Below are positions 24,402-26,285 of a stretch of 26,285 bases of DNA, piece by piece. The notes under the pieces were generated by a model. It was not told where the DNA came from and did not search any database. It saw only the letters and a program-made list of their open reading frames with translations. Every line of letters begins with the position of its first letter. Position 1 is the stretch's first letter. The position numbers were made by a program, and so were the translations under genes. Source of the stretch: Thermodesulfovibrionales bacterium (lineage in GTDB: Bacteria; Nitrospirota; Thermodesulfovibrionia; Thermodesulfovibrionales; SM23-35); the NCBI GenBank assembly GCA_035624555.1, contig DASPRG010000169.1:1-26285 (forward strand). The letters are read 5' to 3'.

Positions 24402-24571
24402 TATGACTTTTTGCAAACTCTTCCGGTGTCCTGACAATAAACCTTCTATATCCATTAACTCGAAGAACCAGAAACGTAAGGGTAGATTGAGGTACATATG
24501 AAGCCTCATTCGAAAATTTTTGTGAAAAAGTGTAAGTGAGATATGAAAAACAAACAATTGAGAATGTTACA

Positions 24572-24580
24572 TGTGGATAA
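24572..24580. promoter_or_regulatory. Perfect DnaA box (TGTGGATAA = TTATCCACA)
   Basis: Exact 9-mer. A second TTWTNCACA-consensus match (TGTGAAAAA) lies in the same orientation at 24521-24529. Confidence 0.45.
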
Positions 24581-24698
24581 ACAGAAATGTCTTGATTTTT
24601 GATTCGTGGTCGAAGTAAATTAATTTGTCCAATCCGAAAAAACATTAAGTAGACATTACGATATAATCGAAAATATTTTTGGAACAAAGGAGGGAAAT

Positions 24699-24932
24699 AT
24701 GGAGGACATGGATCGGTATAATGAGATGAATAAGCATATAGCATGTGTAGAAACATTTTTTGATGTGTTTAGTGTCATATCAAAACATGGGTTACTGGAG
24801 GAGGTAAAGAATAGCTCAGTCAGTTATCTTCTTATGGAAATGGGCGAGAGATTGGAAGCGATCAAGAAGTTGAATAAGGAAACAAATGACAGATTACAAG
24901 AGTTAAAAAATCTGACAGGGGTAACAGGCTAA
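24699..24932 (+). CDS. Hypothetical 77-aa helical protein
   Basis: Strong SD AAAGGAGG (24686-24693) 5 nt before ATG, perfect TATAAT at 24662-24667, amphipathic or coiled-coil-like sequence. No family recognised. Confidence 0.75.
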   Translation: MEDMDRYNEMNKHIACVETFFDVFSVISKHGLLEEVKNSSVSYLLMEMGERLEAIKKLNKETNDRLQELKNLTGVTG

Positions 24933-24960
24933 ATAGATCCCATATCCAGTGATAGGAAAT

Positions 24961-25042
24961 GTCATTGCGAGTTAAACGAAGCAATTTCATCTTTGAGAAA
25001 TAGCTTGCGACAATAACAGGCACAATCGATACTTGCAATGGT
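24961..25042. repeat. Degenerate two-stem palindromic repeat element (GTCATTGCGAG...GCAATG type)
   Basis: Outer stem GTCATTGCGAGT/ACTTGCAATGGT (12 bp, 3 G.T) and inner stem CGAAGCAATTTC/GAAATAGCTTGCG. Confidence 0.65.
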
Positions 25043-25115
25043 TATTGCTGACTTGGGGTAATACCGTTTGTGATAGACCCTTAGATTTCTAAGAGATATT
25101 ACTATTAGAAACTGA

Positions 25116-26285
25116 ATGCCTCGCACTAAACTTATCGATACGCAGTTATTGTCTTATATTCTGGATTTCCTTTCAGTGATAGCTGACCTATCCTTTTCGA
25201 TCTATGATGGTAATGGCGTTTTATTGATGCCTCCAAAGAGTGAAAAAAGGTTGACTGCTTACAGAAAATCGTATACCTCGGAGAGTAAGGAAAATGAAGC
25301 ATTTATTTGTGAAGGGGTTGTAAAGGCTGTCATTAGAAGGGACCCATTTTTATTTAAAGGGCATGCCAAGGGATACTACCTTTTTATTCCTGTTTACGCC
25401 GACAATTTCAAACTCGTTCTTGTCAGCAATGCATTTTACCTTTCAAGGGCTGAATTTGAAGACTTTTTGCCTAAAAATGAAGAGCGTTTTGATGTTTCAA
25501 CATCGCACCCTGAATTGGGGGATGAGACATTGAAAGTAAAAGATTACTCAACAGTTCTTAGGATGGCAGTACATATAAAATACCTGATCGAAGCTTTCCT
25601 AAGGTGTGACCATGCTAAAAAAATGAACTATAAAAGGTTTAAGTCGGCTAACATCATCACAGATGTCCTCTCAAGTATTCAATTGCCTGCTTCGACAGAA
25701 AAAATCTATTCCCTCGTGCTTGATACAATCCTGTTGCTTTTTGATGTTGACACCATCTCTATTATGGTGAATGGAAAAAATGTATTTAAGACCCTTATGG
25801 CATCAGGGAGGTTAAGAAATGACGTAAAGCATCTCTGTCTGGAAGACGACCATCCGCTGCTTTCTCTGTCTACAAAAGAGTTCATACCGGTGTTCACGAA
25901 TGATGTTATGAAAATTATGAGGCTCGGTTTTTTAAATGACATAACCTCAATGCACGTTTTCCCTCTTTCTTACAAGGAGAAAATCCATAGTTTGGTAGTT
26001 CTTTATAATTCCATCATTTCAGAAGAGGAATCTCATAGTATTTTAGAGTTCTGCAAACTTGTGACTCTTGTCCTTGAGAGCCTTACTGTTCAAAATGCAT
26101 ATGAGCAATGTGTGACTGACATTGACGTTTTAAATATAGCAGTAACAAAACTTATCCCTCACCTTCATAACCATAAAGCCCTTTGTGAAACAATTTTGTA
26201 CAAAGCCATGGAACTTTCAAATGCAGAAAAGGGATCCCTTATGCTGCCTGAGGATGATAGCCTTGTCGTGAAGACCGTAAAGGGT
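25116..26285 (+). CDS. Multi-domain sensor protein (PocR-like - GAF - GAF...), 3' truncated
   Basis: My own translation gives 390 stop-free codons from ATG 25116 to the window end (missing from the ORF track): MPRTKLIDTQLLSYILDFLSVIADLSFSIYDGNG...; GAF-like LVLDTILLLFDVDTISIM...MHVFPL...LVVLYN; a second GAF starts at ILYKAMELSNAEKGSLML. The output domain is outside the window. Confidence 0.85.
   Translation, partial: MPRTKLIDTQLLSYILDFLSVIADLSFSIYDGNGVLLMPPKSEKRLTAYRKSYTSESKENEAFICEGVVKAVIRRDPFLFKGHAKGYYLFIPVYADNFKLVLVSNAFYLSRAEFEDFLPKNEERFDVSTSHPELGDETLKVKDYSTVLRMAVHIKYLIEAFLRCDHAKKMNYKRFKSANIITDVLSSIQLPASTEKIYSLVLDTILLLFDVDTISIMVNGKNVFKTLMASGRLRNDVKHLCLEDDHPLLSLSTKEFIPVFTNDVMKIMRLGFLNDITSMHVFPLSYKEKIHSLVVLYNSIISEEESHSILEFCKLVTLVLESLTVQNAYEQCVTDIDVLNIAVTKLIPHLHNHKALCETILYKAMELSNAEKGSLMLPEDDSLVVKTVKG

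Noticed and set aside
24405-24445. GCAAAC followed by a short GC stretch, suggestive of a c-di-GMP-I riboswitch near a cyclase
   Set aside because: No GNRA tetraloop or receptor and no P1/P2 pairing found on either strand. A covariance-model search would settle it.
24370-24698. Replication origin
   Set aside because: Only two DnaA boxes, no clear DnaA-trio or unwinding-element repeats, and no dnaA, dnaN or gidA adjacent. Kept only as a regulatory-site finding.
24319-24756. 145-aa minus-strand ORF upstream of the cyclase (and 24309-24557)
   Set aside because: The F/Y/L-rich composition is typical of AT-rich non-coding DNA, it overlaps the SD-supported plus-strand ORF and regulatory motifs, and only its last 16 codons have an SD.

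Overview
Most of the window (47-18992, minus strand) is a complete, tightly coupled division and cell wall (dcw) operon: mraZ-rsmH-ftsL-ftsI-murE-murF-mraY-[S11 D,D-peptidase]-murD-ftsW-murG-murC-murB-ddl-ftsQ-ftsA-ftsZ. It has a sigma70 promoter and three MraZ boxes at its 5' end. It is followed by hup (HU), an MTH1187-family protein, a DHH/CBS-fused class II tRNA nucleotidyltransferase, a pseudo-receiver-GAF-GGDEF diguanylate cyclase, a 77-aa orphan ORF and a truncated PocR-like/GAF sensor. The organism looks like a moderately AT-rich diderm with meso-DAP peptidoglycan; Nitrospirota (Thermodesulfovibrionia-like) is my impression, not a tested assignment. No rRNA, tRNA, CRISPR array or transposase was seen. 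The main observation is at least 13 short, degenerate 7-nt tandem arrays of several sequence families. Some units are identical to the cyanobacterial STRR2 and STRR3 heptamers. Most arrays lie in frame inside cell-wall genes (ddl, murC, ftsW, murD x3, the S11 peptidase x3, murE), often where the protein seems to carry an extra loop or tail. In murE and ftsW the units that would put TGA in frame are the ones that deviate from consensus. The murE array is also a 60-nt imperfect palindrome. Other points: FtsA lacks one glycine of its phosphate-2 ATP-binding motif, the nucleotidyltransferase mRNA is predicted to be leaderless, an upstream ORF is in frame with the cyclase, and the 24.4-24.7 kb spacer holds DnaA-consensus boxes and a CRP/FNR-like palindrome. 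All gene calls come from recognising motifs by eye; no searches were run.
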